Shown here piece after piece: positions 50,251-63,907 of a DNA stretch of 64,000 nucleotides (positions are counted from its first letter, which is position 1; every line of letters starts with the position of its first letter). The notes beneath the pieces were generated by a model. It ran no database searches, was not told the DNA's origin, and saw only the letters and a list, made by a program, of their open reading frames with translations. Source of the stretch: Ginglymostoma cirratum (Eukaryota). The stretch lies in assembly GCA_024137785.1 (NCBI GenBank), contig JAHRHZ010000223.1, forward strand, positions 27,026,617-27,090,616. The letters run 5' to 3'. Made by a program: the position numbers and the translations under genes.

Positions 50251-50989
50251 GTACAGTCCACTCACTTTCAACGCTGACTGCAACAGCTAACCCCACAGCA
50301 CCGACTCCCAACTTTCTCCTCTAACCACTTCACTGCTAGCCCTGCCGCATATACCCACGATTACAGAGAACCTAGCCATGTCCGCCAGACAGAAAATCCC
50401 CACACATTCTCTTAGCCAACTCTCAGCAACGCACAAAAGCTGGCTATCTCACACTGGCTTGCGTTTTCGCCGTTGGCCTGAACTGTAAATTAACACACTG
50501 CACTGCATAGGGCGAGAGTAAATGCATCCACTGTTTCCAATTCTTCACTGGTTTGATATATACTAAAATGTCAAACTCAGCTATTGTTCTCAATGCCATC
50601 CTTAATTCTGCAAATATGTATTCTGTACTTTCATAAAAAATAGTGTAAGACTTGAGTGATTATAAAATGAAAGGTTTCAGGATACCTAATTACAACTAGG
50701 ACTTCTAATGTGTAAATTCCAAAACTATCGGACATTGAAGCTTTATTTAAAACTCTTCTGATTTTAAACCCCATATCTTTAAATTCCAGGTAGGGTATTT
50801 TTAAAAAGAAAAGCAAGCTTTGAACATTTGAAATCAAATTGTTTAAATCTCATTAATCTATTAATCCATTAATCTATTAGTTTAAAGTTTTAAGGGATGA
50901 TCTGTGCTCAACTAAGATTTCTGGTGTAATCCAGACAAAATCTTGTATAAAAGGTGTAATGAAGGGAATTGTGAAGCATTGTCTTGTAA

Positions 50990-52352
50990 TATTTTTGAAA
51001 GCCATCTGAATTTCTTGAATACATGCAATTCTGTTCCATTTATTTGTCAATACCGATAAAACATTATTTTGGACTTCAGAGTGTGAGTGTAAAAAGTGAT
51101 TAGAGATAGTCAGCATGGTTTTGTACAAGGAAAATCATGTCTCACAAACTCAATTAAAGTATTTTTTAATGAAGTAACCAAAAGGATTGATGAGAGCAGA
51201 GCAGTAGATGTTGTTTACCTGGACTTTAGTAAAGCCTTTGACAAGGTTCCGTAGAGTAGACTTATTAGTAAAGTTAGATCACATGGAATTCAGGGTGATC
51301 TTGCCAATTGTGGTGGTGAAAAGTTACTTATTGGACTGGAGGCCTGTGACCAGCGGTGTTCCACAGGGATCGGTGCTGGGTCCACTTTTGTTTATCATTT
51401 ATCTAAATGATTTGGATGAGAATATAGGAGGCATGGTTAGTAAGTTTGCAGATGACACCAAAATTGGTGGTATAGTGGGCGGTGAAGAAGGTTATCTAAA
51501 ATTACAAAGAGATCTTGATCAACTGGGTCAAGGGGCTGAGGAGTCGCAGATGGAGTTTAATTTGGTTTAAGTGCAAGGTATTGCATTTTGGTAACACAAG
51601 GACAAAACTTATACACTTAATGTTAAAGTCCTGGGTGGTGCTGTAGAAGAGAGAGACCTAGGGGTTCGGATACATAATTCTTTGAAATTTGCATTACAGG
51701 TAGACAGGGTGGATAGGAAGGTGTTTAGTGAGCTTGCCTTCATTGCTTAGACCTTTTGAGTATAGGACTTCATGCTGAGGTTGTACAGGACATTGGTAAG
51801 GTTTTTCTGGAGTGCTGTGTGCAGTTCTGGTTGGCCTGTCATAGGAATGATATTGTTAAGCTGGAGAGGGTTCAGAAAAGATTTACCAGGGAGTTGCCAG
51901 GGTTGGAGTGTTTTGAGATATAAAAATAGAATGGAAAGTTTGGGACTTTTTTCAGTGGAGCTTATGAGGTTGAGAGATGACCTTATTGAGGTTTACAAAA
52001 TAATGAGGGGCATAGATGAGGTGAATGACAAGGATGTTTTCCCAAGGAAGGGAGAGTTCAAAACTAGGAGGCGTATTTTTATGATGAAAGGAGAAAGGTT
52101 TAAGAAGGACATGAGGGGAAACTTTTTCACACAGAGAGTGGATTGTGTGTGTAATGAATTGCCAGGGAAAATGGTGGATGCAGGTAGAGTTACAACATTT
52201 GAAAGACATTTGGACAAGTTTGTGAATAAGAAAGGTTTGGAGCAATATGGGCCAGATGCAGACAGGTGGGACGATTTTAGTTTGGGAATATGCTGGGCAT
52301 GTTCTGGTTGGACCGAAGTGTCTATTTCCATGCTGTGTGACTCTGTGACTCG
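50990..52352 (+). mobile_element. CR1 (HER1-like) RT to 3' end in SPIRE2 intron 1
   Basis: QHGFVQGKSCLTN, DVVYLDFSKAFDKVP, SGVPQGSVLGPLLFIIYLNDLD...SKFADDTKIGG, DMRGNFFTQRV, TGACTC tail. Confidence 0.9.
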
Positions 52353-52471
52353 ATAATTAGGCCATATTACTTAAATGGCTTTAGCCACATTCAGTTTTGT
52401 AGTAAAAGAATTCTGTGACAGTACATACAGCCTGCATAGTTCTTTGTTCACATACTTCATTAACAATGGTA

Positions 52472-52640
52472 CAAAATAAAAACAATGCAGATACTGGAAA
52501 TCTGAAATAAATGTGAAAGCCCAAATAGGTCAGGCAGCATTTGATGAGGAGTCATTGACCTGAAATGTTAACTTTGTTTCTCTCCACACTAGTATTTCTT
52601 GATCTGCTGAGTATTTCAGGCATTTTCTGTTTTTATTTCA
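52472..52640. mobile_element. Degenerate fold-back P2 element
   Basis: TGATGAGGAGTCATTGACCTGAAATGTTAACTTTGTTTCTCTCCAC preceded by an inverted tail fragment. Confidence 0.6.
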
Positions 52641-53374
52641 CGGACAGTGATTTGTTTTGAGGCCTTTGCCATCGCGATGCAGGAAAACGACTACTGAGAA
52701 GGAATGACACAGTCAATTTGGCTTGTAAATTCTGTCCCACACTTGTTTATGTAGCCTGGCCTCTCAGCCAAAATAGATTTGCCCATTTTCCCAAATTTAA
52801 AGTCTCTGCTATGCTGCTGGCTGTGTAGTTGCAGCAGCTCGTGGGTATGATGTAAATACCTGGGAATTGGCCACACCCATCTCTCAAATACTTTGAGAGT
52901 GCCATTGACAGATAACAATTGGGCTGCATGCATCTTATTTGCAGTAACTGCTGCGTTACCTTGAAGTTGTGGGTGGTGGGAGGAAAGTCAATAAAATTGT
53001 ATCCTTGTTCAGACCGAAAGCCACTATATTGCACACAACTTTAAATCTAATTTATTTTGACATCATGCAGCACTTGTCCCTACCCCACCATCTGCCACAT
53101 GGGATTGCACAGTTACAAGCAGATTTTGTTCCACCTTGTCCCTGATAAATATTTTAAAATAAGACAAAGTTGTATTGTTTAATGTGGGGTGATGCAAGCT
53201 CCATTACTCATTTGTGTTGAGTATTAGTTGGGATTAAATTAACCATAGTGTATTGACTCCTTAAAGGGATTTTCAAATTTCACCCAGTCACCTAAACAGG
53301 GAAGAAAAGTTCACATACAATGGAACGATATTTGGGTTTCCTTTGATCATGTGTATAAATATCTTATAAATTTT

Positions 53375-53460
53375 AAAAAATAATAATTTATATATTGGAT
53401 AATATATGATATATAATATATAATACAATATTACGTATTGTTTAATATAATATATTAACT
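53375..53460. repeat. AT-rich low-complexity tract
   Basis: Degenerate (ATAT/AATAT)n. Confidence 0.6.
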
Positions 53461-55444
53461 TGGTATTTCTTGCATAAACAAGATATACATAAAAAAATGT
53501 GAAATTATCAATATTGTGTTATGAACACGAAGGTTTTTTTAATGACACCCCAGTGACTAAATCAATTCATCCACTGTTCTTTAATCTACGTCCTCTTTGT
53601 AAATGGCTACTGCGGGTTTTCAGCTTCTAGCTTCTCTTATTTGAGTCAGAGAGTCACTGTCTACAATTTTTCATGATCATCTGGAGGTGTTGAAAATAAG
53701 GAAAAATATTTTGTATACTGACTGCTCCCAGTTGTTCATAGCTTATGTGGGATGTTTGAGTAGTAAATCCTGTGGAAATGTCAAATTATACTGATGGACG
53801 CCCAGTCTGATAATGTTAAATCGGGTGTAGAGTTTGTTATGTTTTATATTATTGATATATTTTGTTAAGGTAAGATATACATGCATGTTCAGCGCATGTA
53901 CATTAAAGCATTTATCGTCAAAGAAGTAATTGCAAACATTATAAACTAGCAGAGACTGTGAGGACTGTTCATCAGACTTTGAGCTATTTTGTTAATTTAA
54001 ATGGAGCTTTTGTAAGGAACAGAAAACATGCCACAATAAGGTAAAATGTGACAATAGCAACAGTCCACAGACTATGTATTTTGGATAATAATCAGTCAAA
54101 AGTTTATATTTGCCTATCCAACTTAATGTCATAAGGTTCACATTGTGATGACTACTTTCAATTGTGTTTAATGGGCACTTCATGAATTCTGACAATTACG
54201 AAAAAATTACGATGCCGTTAACTAGTTTGACTCTCCTGATTTTTGAAAAAAAAATGCTTTATGTAAGGCTTGATATATTTTTGTCAACTAAACATTAAGC
54301 TTTGACATCAAATTGATTGCTGAGATGATGTTTCAAGCAAGGACAGCATTTACTGCCTACCTGTTTGTCTTTGGAAAGTGGTAGTAGACCTCCTCGAACC
54401 TGGGGTAGCAACACAATATGAATAAATGTCTTCTGACGTCTCTTCAAATGGGATTTAAAGGTCGACCACATCAGGGTGAGAATGGAGTCATTTGCAGGTA
54501 CTGACTTCCCTCAAGTATATTGATAAACCAGTTGGGTTTCATAATTATAAATTATGTCTTCTAATTAAATAATTAATTGTAAAAGAGAAAATTTACCCGA
54601 TTTTCCACCTCTATTCCTGGCATCAAAATGGAATTTCCTTTGTAAATCAGGTGCGTTGCAACAGCCATTCCAAACGTTTGACCTCAGTATTGATATCACA
54701 AGAGTGCTAGATCTTTCTGCACAACAGCTATCAAATGATTCAGGAGAATAAGTTCTACGATTCATCTTTTGAACCCAAGAAAATTTAAACTTTAGAAAAC
54801 AGCAACTTATGTGAGACACTGAATTACATTGTACTTGTAATCAGAATTAAAATTATATAAAACAAACTTATTTTGAACAAACTCATTATGGTAATCATTA
54901 AATGAAATGAAGGAAAGAGAAGACTAATTAATTTAACTTATAAAGAAGACCTCATTGCTGTCACCCCTCAACAAAGATAGTTTTATGTAGAGCCATATAT
55001 GCACCATTTTACCTTACTAACTGCCCTCTACTCTCAATATTGTGAAAACACATTTTGCAGGAGATCCTTCCTTAGACCAAGTTAGCATGCATGGATTGAC
55101 AAGCACTTTGAACAGTTGTTGTAATGTGAGCCTGCGACTTTGATTTTATTTCCAGAAAAACCTGTTTACTAAAATGCATCAGAAATTCTTATGAACAATG
55201 GATACATAAGGAAAAATAGCGTGGTGTTTATTAGTTGAATAGTCAAAAATATTGGTCTGAGCCATGAGAATTTTTTTTCACAAACTTTGAGATACAGGGC
55301 ATTCAAAATATGTATTTAAACAATGTAGACAGATGACTGAGTGTCCACAATGCAATTGTTAAATCTTTGTCTCAAATCTTTCACGTGATTGCCCTAAGTG
55401 CAGTCACATGTTGAAGTTGGATAGTATTTGTCATTGATCAATAC

Positions 55445-56810
55445 CGAGTTATAGAATCATAGATTCATAGAGCTGTACAGCATGGAAACAGACCCTTTGA
55501 TCCAACTCATCCATGCTGACCAGATATCCTAAATTAATCCAGTCTCATTTGCCAGCATTGGGCCCATATCCCTCTAAACCCTTCCTATTCATATAACCGT
55601 CCAGATGCCTTTTAAATGTTGTCATTAGACCACGCTCCACCACTTCCTCTGGCAGCACATTCCATACACGCACCACCCTCTGCATGAAAATGTTGCCCCT
55701 TCGGTCCCTTTTAAATCTTTCCCCTCTTACCTTAAAGCTATGCCATCTGGTTTTGGACTCCCCACCCCGGGTAAAAGACCTTGTCTAGTCACCCCATCCA
55801 AGCTCCTCATGATTTTATAAATCTCTGTAAGTTCACCCCTCAGCCTCCCAAGCTTTAGGGAAAATAGCCCCTGCCTATCCAGCCTTTCCCTATAGATCAA
55901 ACCCTCCAACCCTGCGGCATAGTTTTCTGAATTCTTTCAAGTTTCACACATCCTCCCTATAGCAGGGAGATAAGAATTGCACGCCGTGTTCCAAAAGTGA
56001 CCTAACCATTGTCCTGTTCAGCCGGAACATGACCTTCCCACTCTTATACACAATGCGCTGACCAATAAAGGCAAGCAGACCAAACGCCTTATTCACTATC
56101 CTATCTACCTGTGACTCTACTTCCAAGAAACTATGAAACTGCACTCTTTGTTTAGCAACACTCCCCAGGACCTTACCATTAAGTGTATAAGTCCTGCCCT
56201 GATTTGCCTTTCCAAATGCGGTGCCACACATTTATCTAATTTCAACTCCATCTGCCACTCCTTGGATTATTGGGCCATCTGATTAAGGTCCTGTTGTACT
56301 CTGAGGCAACCTTGTTCGCTGTCCGTTACACCTCCAATTTTGGTGTCATCTGCAGTCTTACTAACCATACCTCCTATGTTCCCATCCAAATCATTTATAT
56401 AAATTTAGAAAAGCAGTGGACCCAGCACCAATCCTTGTGGCACACTGCTGCTCACAGGCCTCCTTGTCTGAAAAGTAACCCTCCTCCATCATCCCCTGTC
56501 TCCTACCTTTGAGCCAGTTCAGTATCCAAATGGCTAGTTCTCCCTGTATTCTGTGTGGTCAAATCTTACTAACCAGCCTACCACAAGGAACCTTGTCGAA
56601 TGCCTTATTGAAGTCCATATTGATTACATCCAACCCGCTGCCCTCATCAATCCTCTTTGTTACTTCTTCAAATAACTCAATCAAGTTAGTGAGACACGAT
56701 TTCCCATGCACAAAGCCATGTTGACTATTCGTAACCAGTCCTAGCCTTTCCAAATACATGTATATCCTGTCCCTCAGGATTCCCTCCAACAACTTGCCCT
56801 CCACAGATGT
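55445..56810 (-). mobile_element. CR1 (HER1-like) RT to 3' end, antisense in SPIRE2 intron 1
   Basis: GKLLEGILRDRIY...QHGFVHGKSCLTNLIELFEEVT...DFNKAFDKVP, with an (ATCATAGA)n tail. Confidence 0.9.
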
Positions 56811-56832
56811 TAATGGTTAATAGAATTAATAG

Positions 56833-57072
56833 TCAATACAGCGTGGAGCTGGAGGAACATAGTAGGCCAGGAAACATCAGATGAATAGGAAAGTCAATGT
56901 TTTGAGTTTACCAGAAAACCTGAAATGTTTACCTGAAAACCTGAAATTTACCTGAAACCTAAACCTGAAATGTTGACTTTCCTGTTCCTCTGATGCTGCC
57001 TGACCTGCTGTGCTCCTCCAGCTCCACTCTGTATTAACTCTGACTCCAGCATCTGCAGTTCTTGCTATCTCC
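56833..57072. mobile_element. Fold-back P1 element with stuttered hinge and TSD
   Basis: Inverted arms around a (A)CCTGAAA microrepeat. AGAATTAATAG at 56822-56832 and 57076-57086. Confidence 0.75.
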
Positions 57073-58339
57073 AACAGAATTAATAGGTTATTCTGGAGTA
57101 AACCCTTTAATCTTCCGTACCTTTGGCATTTCAATATTTAAAAAAATGGAATTCTGGAACATAATTTGTATTCTGCAATTAGAATGACCAGGTAATAAGA
57201 GACAAAGTCATACATTTTACATAGTCAGAGTAGGAAGTTGAGGGTAAATCACATCCCGTGGTCCTCCACATACTCTGTTCATACTATAAAATGCTAAAAC
57301 TTCAATGTTATTTGTAATTTAGTAGTCACGTTGATAAACACATTTAAGTTGAAGTCTGTGACTCCAATTTTCATTCTGGGTTGATTACATAGAGGTGGGA
57401 GAAATCCTGGATCCGATAAACCAGCTTTTAAAAATAGCTGCCTGCACTTCCCATTTTCAGTTTTGATGGCATGGGCAACATTGAAAGTTGGATTGGTATA
57501 ATAATAGGGTATTCCACAATAAACCCTTTAATCTTTAGCATGGGAAGAGCAGAGCAGGCTAATGGATATTCCAGCAGTGTGCTAGAATTTTAAGAGTTGA
57601 AAGTATAAAATTAAAGATCAAGACATCACTCCTGCTCCCACATTCTTCAGTCTGCCTAGCCCCTCATAACCCCTATGCCACCCTACCCATCTTCCCACCC
57701 CCTTGGCTCCTTGTTTTATCTATGCCCAAATAGTTAGGTGGGCGTTTTTGACAGGCATGGAAATGATGGACCAAATGGCTATTTACTGTGCTGTAGATCT
57801 TTATGACTATATGGCTCTAATCCCATGACTGTTTTTAACCCCCTTCAAAATGTGGTATGTCCCCCACAAACCCCAAAATTTTACATTCCCTTTCCATGCC
57901 AATTCATCTGACATCCACCACAGACCTACCTCAGCAGGCATAGTTACAGTGTTTATTGATGATGTCACTGTTGGAAAAAGCACACTCGTTTATCTAAGTA
58001 ACAGGTAACACATCGAAATTCCTTCAACTAAAGGTAAACATACATTTCAGATGGGTGTTCAACTCCTTGGGTAAACAAATATTTCACCTATGTGCTTAAT
58101 TTCCCTTTATGAACAAACATTTCTTTTTCAATAAGAAGTCGGATTTGCCCATCAAAACACCCATTTAATAGGCACCCCATAGTGAAAATGATAGTTTGGG
58201 AAACTAGCCATGCAGTGCAAATCCTAGAATGGCTTATGTCAATAGGATATCTGAAATGCTAGAACTGTTTTATATTTGAGTCCACACTTTGTTTATGACC
58301 AGCTGATTGACAGCTTTGGAAGTTCCTTGACATTTGGCC

Positions 58340-59285
58340 GTTGCAGTCATTGACAAGTGTTGGAAGAAGTCATTGAGAGTGCAATAAAGCAGCACTTTCT
58401 CAGTAATAACCCACTCACTGATACGGAGGGTTCCACCAGGAACATTCAGTTCCTGAGATCACAAGAGTCTTGTCCAAACATGGACAGAAAATGTGAACTC
58501 TAGCAGTGAGGTAACAGTGACTGCCTCTGACATCAAGGCTTCATTTGACTGTGTTTGACACTGAGAAGCCCCAGAAAAACTGGGGTCACATACTCCAATA
58601 GTTGGAATCTTTTCTTGCACAATGAAAGATGGTCGTGATTGTTGGAGGTCAGTCATCTTAACTCCAGGTCATCACTGCATGAGTTTTTCAAGCTGTTCCT
58701 CCACCTTCAGCTGCTTCATCAATGACTTTTCCTCCATCAAAAGGTCATTGCTTGGCACTGGTCTGCTGTTACTTACCACTCATCAGAGAGTAGGCATGTT
58801 TGCTGATGAATGCATAATGTTCAGCACCATTCAAGATACCTCAGATACCGAGACAGTCCATGACCAAATGCAGCAAGACCTGGACAATGTCCAAGTTTGG
58901 GCTGATGAATGGTAACATTCCCCATACAGCAAAGCCAAGCAATGACCGTCTCCAAAAAGAGAGAATCTAGGCATCACCCTTTGACATTCAATGGGATTAT
59001 TTTCATTAAATCCCAGACTATCAACATCCTGGGGAACACCATTGACTAGAAACTCAAATTGGACTCACCATATAAATACAATGGCTACAAGACCAGGTCA
59101 GAATCTAAGAGTCCTGCAGCAAGTAACTCACATCCTGACACCCCAAAGTCTGACTTGCCAACAGCAATCAAAAATCTTGACATCATCAAGGTCAAAGCAT
59201 CCTGCTCTAGGTACCACATTCCAAACATTTACACCCTCCACCATATATGCTGAATCGGAGCAGTGTGTACCACTTGTCTGTGTAA
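58340..59285 (+). mobile_element. LINE family B RT fragment
   Basis: FSCFINDFSS, VGMFADECIMFSTI, MQQDLDNVQVWADEW, NWTHHINTMATR. Confidence 0.8.
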
Positions 59286-59426
59286 CCAAAGTTATAGATC
59301 TAGCAAAGATAGTATTGTAATTGAAAAAAGGTTAATAAAAACATTACAGTATTAATTCATTTGACTTGTCATGGTTCATCCTCAAGAATTGTCAGTCTTG
59401 GCAACTTATTTATTTTCTCATTCTAG

Positions 59427-59470
59427 GTTCAAAGGCGAACGTCGCCCCTCGACTATGCACAGAAGGACAG
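59427..59470 (+). CDS. SPIRE2: SPIRE2 exon 2 (GSKANVAPRLCTEGQ), 44 bp
   Basis: ttttctcattctag acceptor and CAG|GTATGT donor. Phase 1 to 0 fits exon 1, and CpGs are retained in an otherwise depleted intron. Confidence 0.8.
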
Positions 59471-61369
59471 GTATGTGTCTTTTAAATACTCCAAATGATT
59501 CATATTGTCCTTTGGCCATTTGATAAATATTCAGTGTAATGGATCAATCATTTAGAACAGAAATCCAATCCAATTCGTGAGTGTTCTCCAGACGATCCGC
59601 AAACTGGTCCAAAATATAATTTATTGAATCTGGTAATCTGTGAGATTACCTAATTCAATTGGGAAGAAAGGTTTGATCGATTTATGTGTCTGTATACAGT
59701 TCAAATATTCTGGACACAGTTTGAAGCAACTGCTGCCATTTCTAACAGCGTACAATTTGTGCACTTTGATTTTTAGCAATGAAAACAAAGAAGACAAGCT
59801 GGCTGAACTTGAACCCTAACATGAGAATGTTACTCTTCAGCTCGGAATCAAACTTGTCTCATCAAAAGAAACACACTTATTTTCTTTAATATTGATGAGT
59901 TTTTGTAATGGCAAGTGATAGCTTACAGTGAAAGACCAGTAGGTGATATACAGAGTTGTTTACCATACCCAAGTAGTTCAAAAACAGAAGTTTGAGAAAT
60001 GCTAATTTAGAATAGATTACAATCTGAATTGAACAATATAGATTGATAATTGCTACATGACTGATGAGCAATATAAGTCATACTTATTAGATTTGTTTTA
60101 TCAAGTGGTATAAATATCTTTAATGTCATTAGAACCTTCAGGGGATTGGGAAATCTCACATGAGTATTTTTTGTTTTGCTCTTTGCTTTTCCACTTTACT
60201 CACCTAAACTCAGTAACTTCATGAACTTAGTTCCAAGTTTGCTTGGCATTTTTCCGTGCAAAGGGCAAATGTTCATGTCTGAATCTGAAGAGTGAATTTT
60301 GATATAATCATTCATTTATGTGGATGAAGATGTCATGTAGCAGCCCGATTTTGATATCTAGATCATTGCATTTTCCAGTATAAGGGACTGAAAAATGAAT
60401 CCTGACATCTCCATTACCCAATATGGCTGATGTCATCATGTCAAAACCTGACACCTACATGTCTATATGGATCAAATTGGCATGAATTTCTGTCTGTTGG
60501 TATGTCAGTTCAGTTGCTGTAAGCCTTGCTTCAATGGCAATGCTTTTGTGTCTGAGCTGGGAAGAAATGTGTTTTAGCCAGAGATTTGCACCCACCATCT
60601 AAGTTGAGAGGGAACGCTCAATTGTCAGGGATACTAAATGGAAAACTCTCTTGATTTTTCCGTATACGATCCCATTCAAGCTAAAATAGGAGAATTCTGC
60701 TGTCCTGGGCAATGTTCCCTCCTCAATCAAACTGTTAAGAACAAACCCCCTGGTCATTTATCCAGTTGCTGTTTGTGTGACCTGGCAGTATACAAATTCA
60801 CTGCCATGTTTACCAACATTCCAAAGAGATATTTCTTTGGCTTTAAAGTTTAATAATGTCAGAAAAATTCTGCATATAAATCATTCAGTCTTTTTAAATG
60901 GTTGAGAACTGAAATAGTCTTGCCAGACTGGTAATGTGTTACTCGATCTCAGTTTCCGTGGTTCAGATCATTTGTATAAATATTCATCACTCCACGTGAA
61001 ACTGAAAGGGAACTATGGAATACGGAAATAATTCTTAACAGTCTTTGGAACAATCTCAGAGCTAACTTGCAGACTCTCCAAGGCTGAGGGATCATAGGCT
61101 CGAAGTGTAAAACAAACATGTGGGGCGCAAAATCCAAAAGTGCAGCTGTGAATCTTCAATAACTGCAGCCCAAACCCTTCCCTCCCCTGTTTAACTGTTG
61201 CCTAATTGTGAAACTTGTTGGTCTTTGTATCTGTGTAGCATTAAAATTCACCAAGAGTGTATAAAATTGACAAACAAATGAGTGAAACAGCAGGTAAATA
61301 TTAAAAATAACAGCTAAAATTCAGGACCATTCAGGACACGGAGCTTTGTAGAGAATAAATAAAAGGTGG

Positions 61370-62256
61370 AAAGGCAGGTTGTGAGAGGAATACTAACAGT
61401 TTACAGAGAAATATCGATAAGTCAAGTAAGTAGGTAAAAAGTTGGCAAATGGAGAAGATGTGGGAAAATGCAAAGTTGTTCATTTTTGAAGGGAGGAAAA
61501 AAGAACAGAATATTATTTAAATGGAGAAAAATGCAGAAAGCTGCAACACAAAGGAACTTGGCAGTACTTGAGTACAAAACACAGGAAGCTAGCACACAGT
61601 GCAGCAGGAAATCAGGAATATTGGCCCTTATTTCAAAACAGTTGAGGTATGAGAGTAGGGAAGTCTTACTGCAACTGTACAATCTGCTGTTGAGACTACA
61701 TCTGTAGTACTGTGAGCAGTTTTGATCCTCTTATTTAGGAAAGATATCATTTCAATGGAGGCAGTTCAAAGAAAGTTTACCAGGGCGAACCCTTGTATGG
61801 AGGGATTGTCTTATGAGTAAAGACTAAACAGTATGGGACTCTACTCATGGGAGTTTAGAAGAATGGGAGGTGATCTCATTGAACATCTAGGATTCTTAAG
61901 GGGCTTGACAAGGTAAATGCTAAGAGGATGTTTCTCTTCATGGGAGAGTCTGGGACCAAAGGACCATAGTGTCAGAATGAAGGAGCACCAATTTAAGACT
62001 GAGATGAGGAGGAATTTCTTCTCTCAGAGGTTTGTGTGTCTTTGGGACTCCTTTCCACAGAGAATTGTGGGCAGTGTCCTTGTGTATATTTAAGGCTGTA
62101 ATAGGTAATTTCTTGATAGTAGGGGTATCAAGGGTTGCAGGGAAAGGGCAGGAGAGTGGACATGAGGGATGTCAGATCAGCCATAGTGATATTGAACGAC
62201 AGACCAGGTTTCGATGGTCCAAATGGCCTACTCCTGTTCCTATGTCTTATGGTCTT
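61370..62256 (+). mobile_element. CR1 3' region
   Basis: GILALISKQLRYESREVLLQLY..L.RLHL, EMRRNFFSQR, tail TGGCCTACTCCTGTTCCTATGTCTTATGGTCTT. Confidence 0.8.
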
Positions 62257-63907
62257 GACAGTTATGAATTAGTACAGAGGGTTAAAAAGAGTTCAGTTAT
62301 GAATAGTAAGCAGACAGCTTACAAAATTTGTTAGCAACATTCCTGTTTTGCTTCCTAAAGTTGATGGTATGAACTGTGCCAAACTGTTGGGTTCTGAATA
62401 GTGGACAGGCCACGGGCTTAATGTTGCATTACCCTGGGATTTAATGCTGCACAATCCCATTTTTGTGTTGTCCAAAGCAAATAAAGTTCCCATTCAGATA
62501 AGGTAGTCTATTAATGTCTGAAGTAAACTCATTGTGTCATTTCGATTCCTATTACCTATTTCAATGTTGTAAATACTTTGCATGTAATCTTTAGGTAAGA
62601 TGCCAAGTCAACTGTTAGTTTATTGTGTGCTAAAAGCATTTATATAGGGGTGAAATATAATTCAAGGTTATTCTGAAGTAACAATTTGTCTCCACATAGT
62701 CATTGGATTACATTTCAGTAATATCGGAATGTTTGTAATCCAAGTAGTTATCCCGTCGTGATTGCAAGGTAATGGTTATGAGTGTTTTTTTTCCATGATA
62801 ATTGGTTTAGTGTGCTCATACCGTAGCTTGCTATAAAAAACTGGAATGACATTGCAGCATAAAAGAAAGCTGTGACCTTTGCCCATTGGCACATTGATTT
62901 GATTTTTCTTGCACTGTTTGCTGAAGCGCTTGCTGTTTCAAAACATTCTATTTCATTCCAAGTTCTGCAGTAAAGAGTTATTATTTAAAGTGTTGGAACT
63001 TAAAGCAGTTCCCTGCTCATGGCAAAACACTATTTGAACTTGTGCAAGTATTTATTAAATTAGATGCATTATTTGTTACTGGATAGAAAACTTTGCATTT
63101 TTTTGCTTTGATTGTGCAGTTAGCCCCATAACTATTCATTGCCACATCTACAGTACCACACAAAGGCAGTGTAATAAATTATGAAGCTTTCTCTCCTTCA
63201 GTCAACGTCCTTGGGTGTGAATGCATGATGTGGATGAGATTGCTTACCCCTGATATATTAAGCTTCTTAACTGACTGGGATTATTTCCCCCCAGAAGGTT
63301 ATTCACAAAATTTACAGAGTGTGTTGCATGACTAAAACATTTTGATATTACATGCAGTGCAAAACAACTGAATTTCTTCCAGTGCGTTTTGTTAATTAGT
63401 ATGTTTTACATTCAATATCTACATTATTTATTCCATGCCAATTCAGTCCCTTTGTGTACTATGGTTTAATCCCTAGTGCACTTTTGTGGTGTCTGCCCAG
63501 GCTTTAGTGGAACCCTCAACATGTGACCCTGGCCAATGGAATGTGCCAGTCTGCAACACCCTTGTTGTGGACAGCTGTTGTCACTGGAAGGCCAATGGGT
63601 TTCATGCAAACCAAAGCATATTTTTTACTGAGTTGGTGATCTTCCAGCCATAATTGATGTTTATCTTGGTGTACATCCGTGGGAGCAGCCTGTAGAGACA
63701 GATTCAGTCACAGGTGTTTGTTTGACAACAAGCTTTGACAAAAACCACTGCATCTGTTTTCAGATATGCTTTACAAAGACACATTCCTAAAGGAGTTGGA
63801 CAGTGATCTAGGAAGCAAGAGACCTTGGTGTGCAGATCCGTAAACTCCCTTTAGTGGCAGAAAGATAGCTAAGATGGTAAAGCAGTCATTTGGAAGCGGG
63901 AGAAATG

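Noticed and set aside
50251-50324. SPIRE2 ORF extension to a stop at 50324 (single-exon 118-aa protein)
   Set aside because: A phase-compatible donor at 50250 and exon 2 at 59427 indicate this is intron read-through.
51208-52356. ORFs of 120 and 194 aa as host genes
   Set aside because: They are frameshifted CR1 reverse-transcriptase and 3' fragments.
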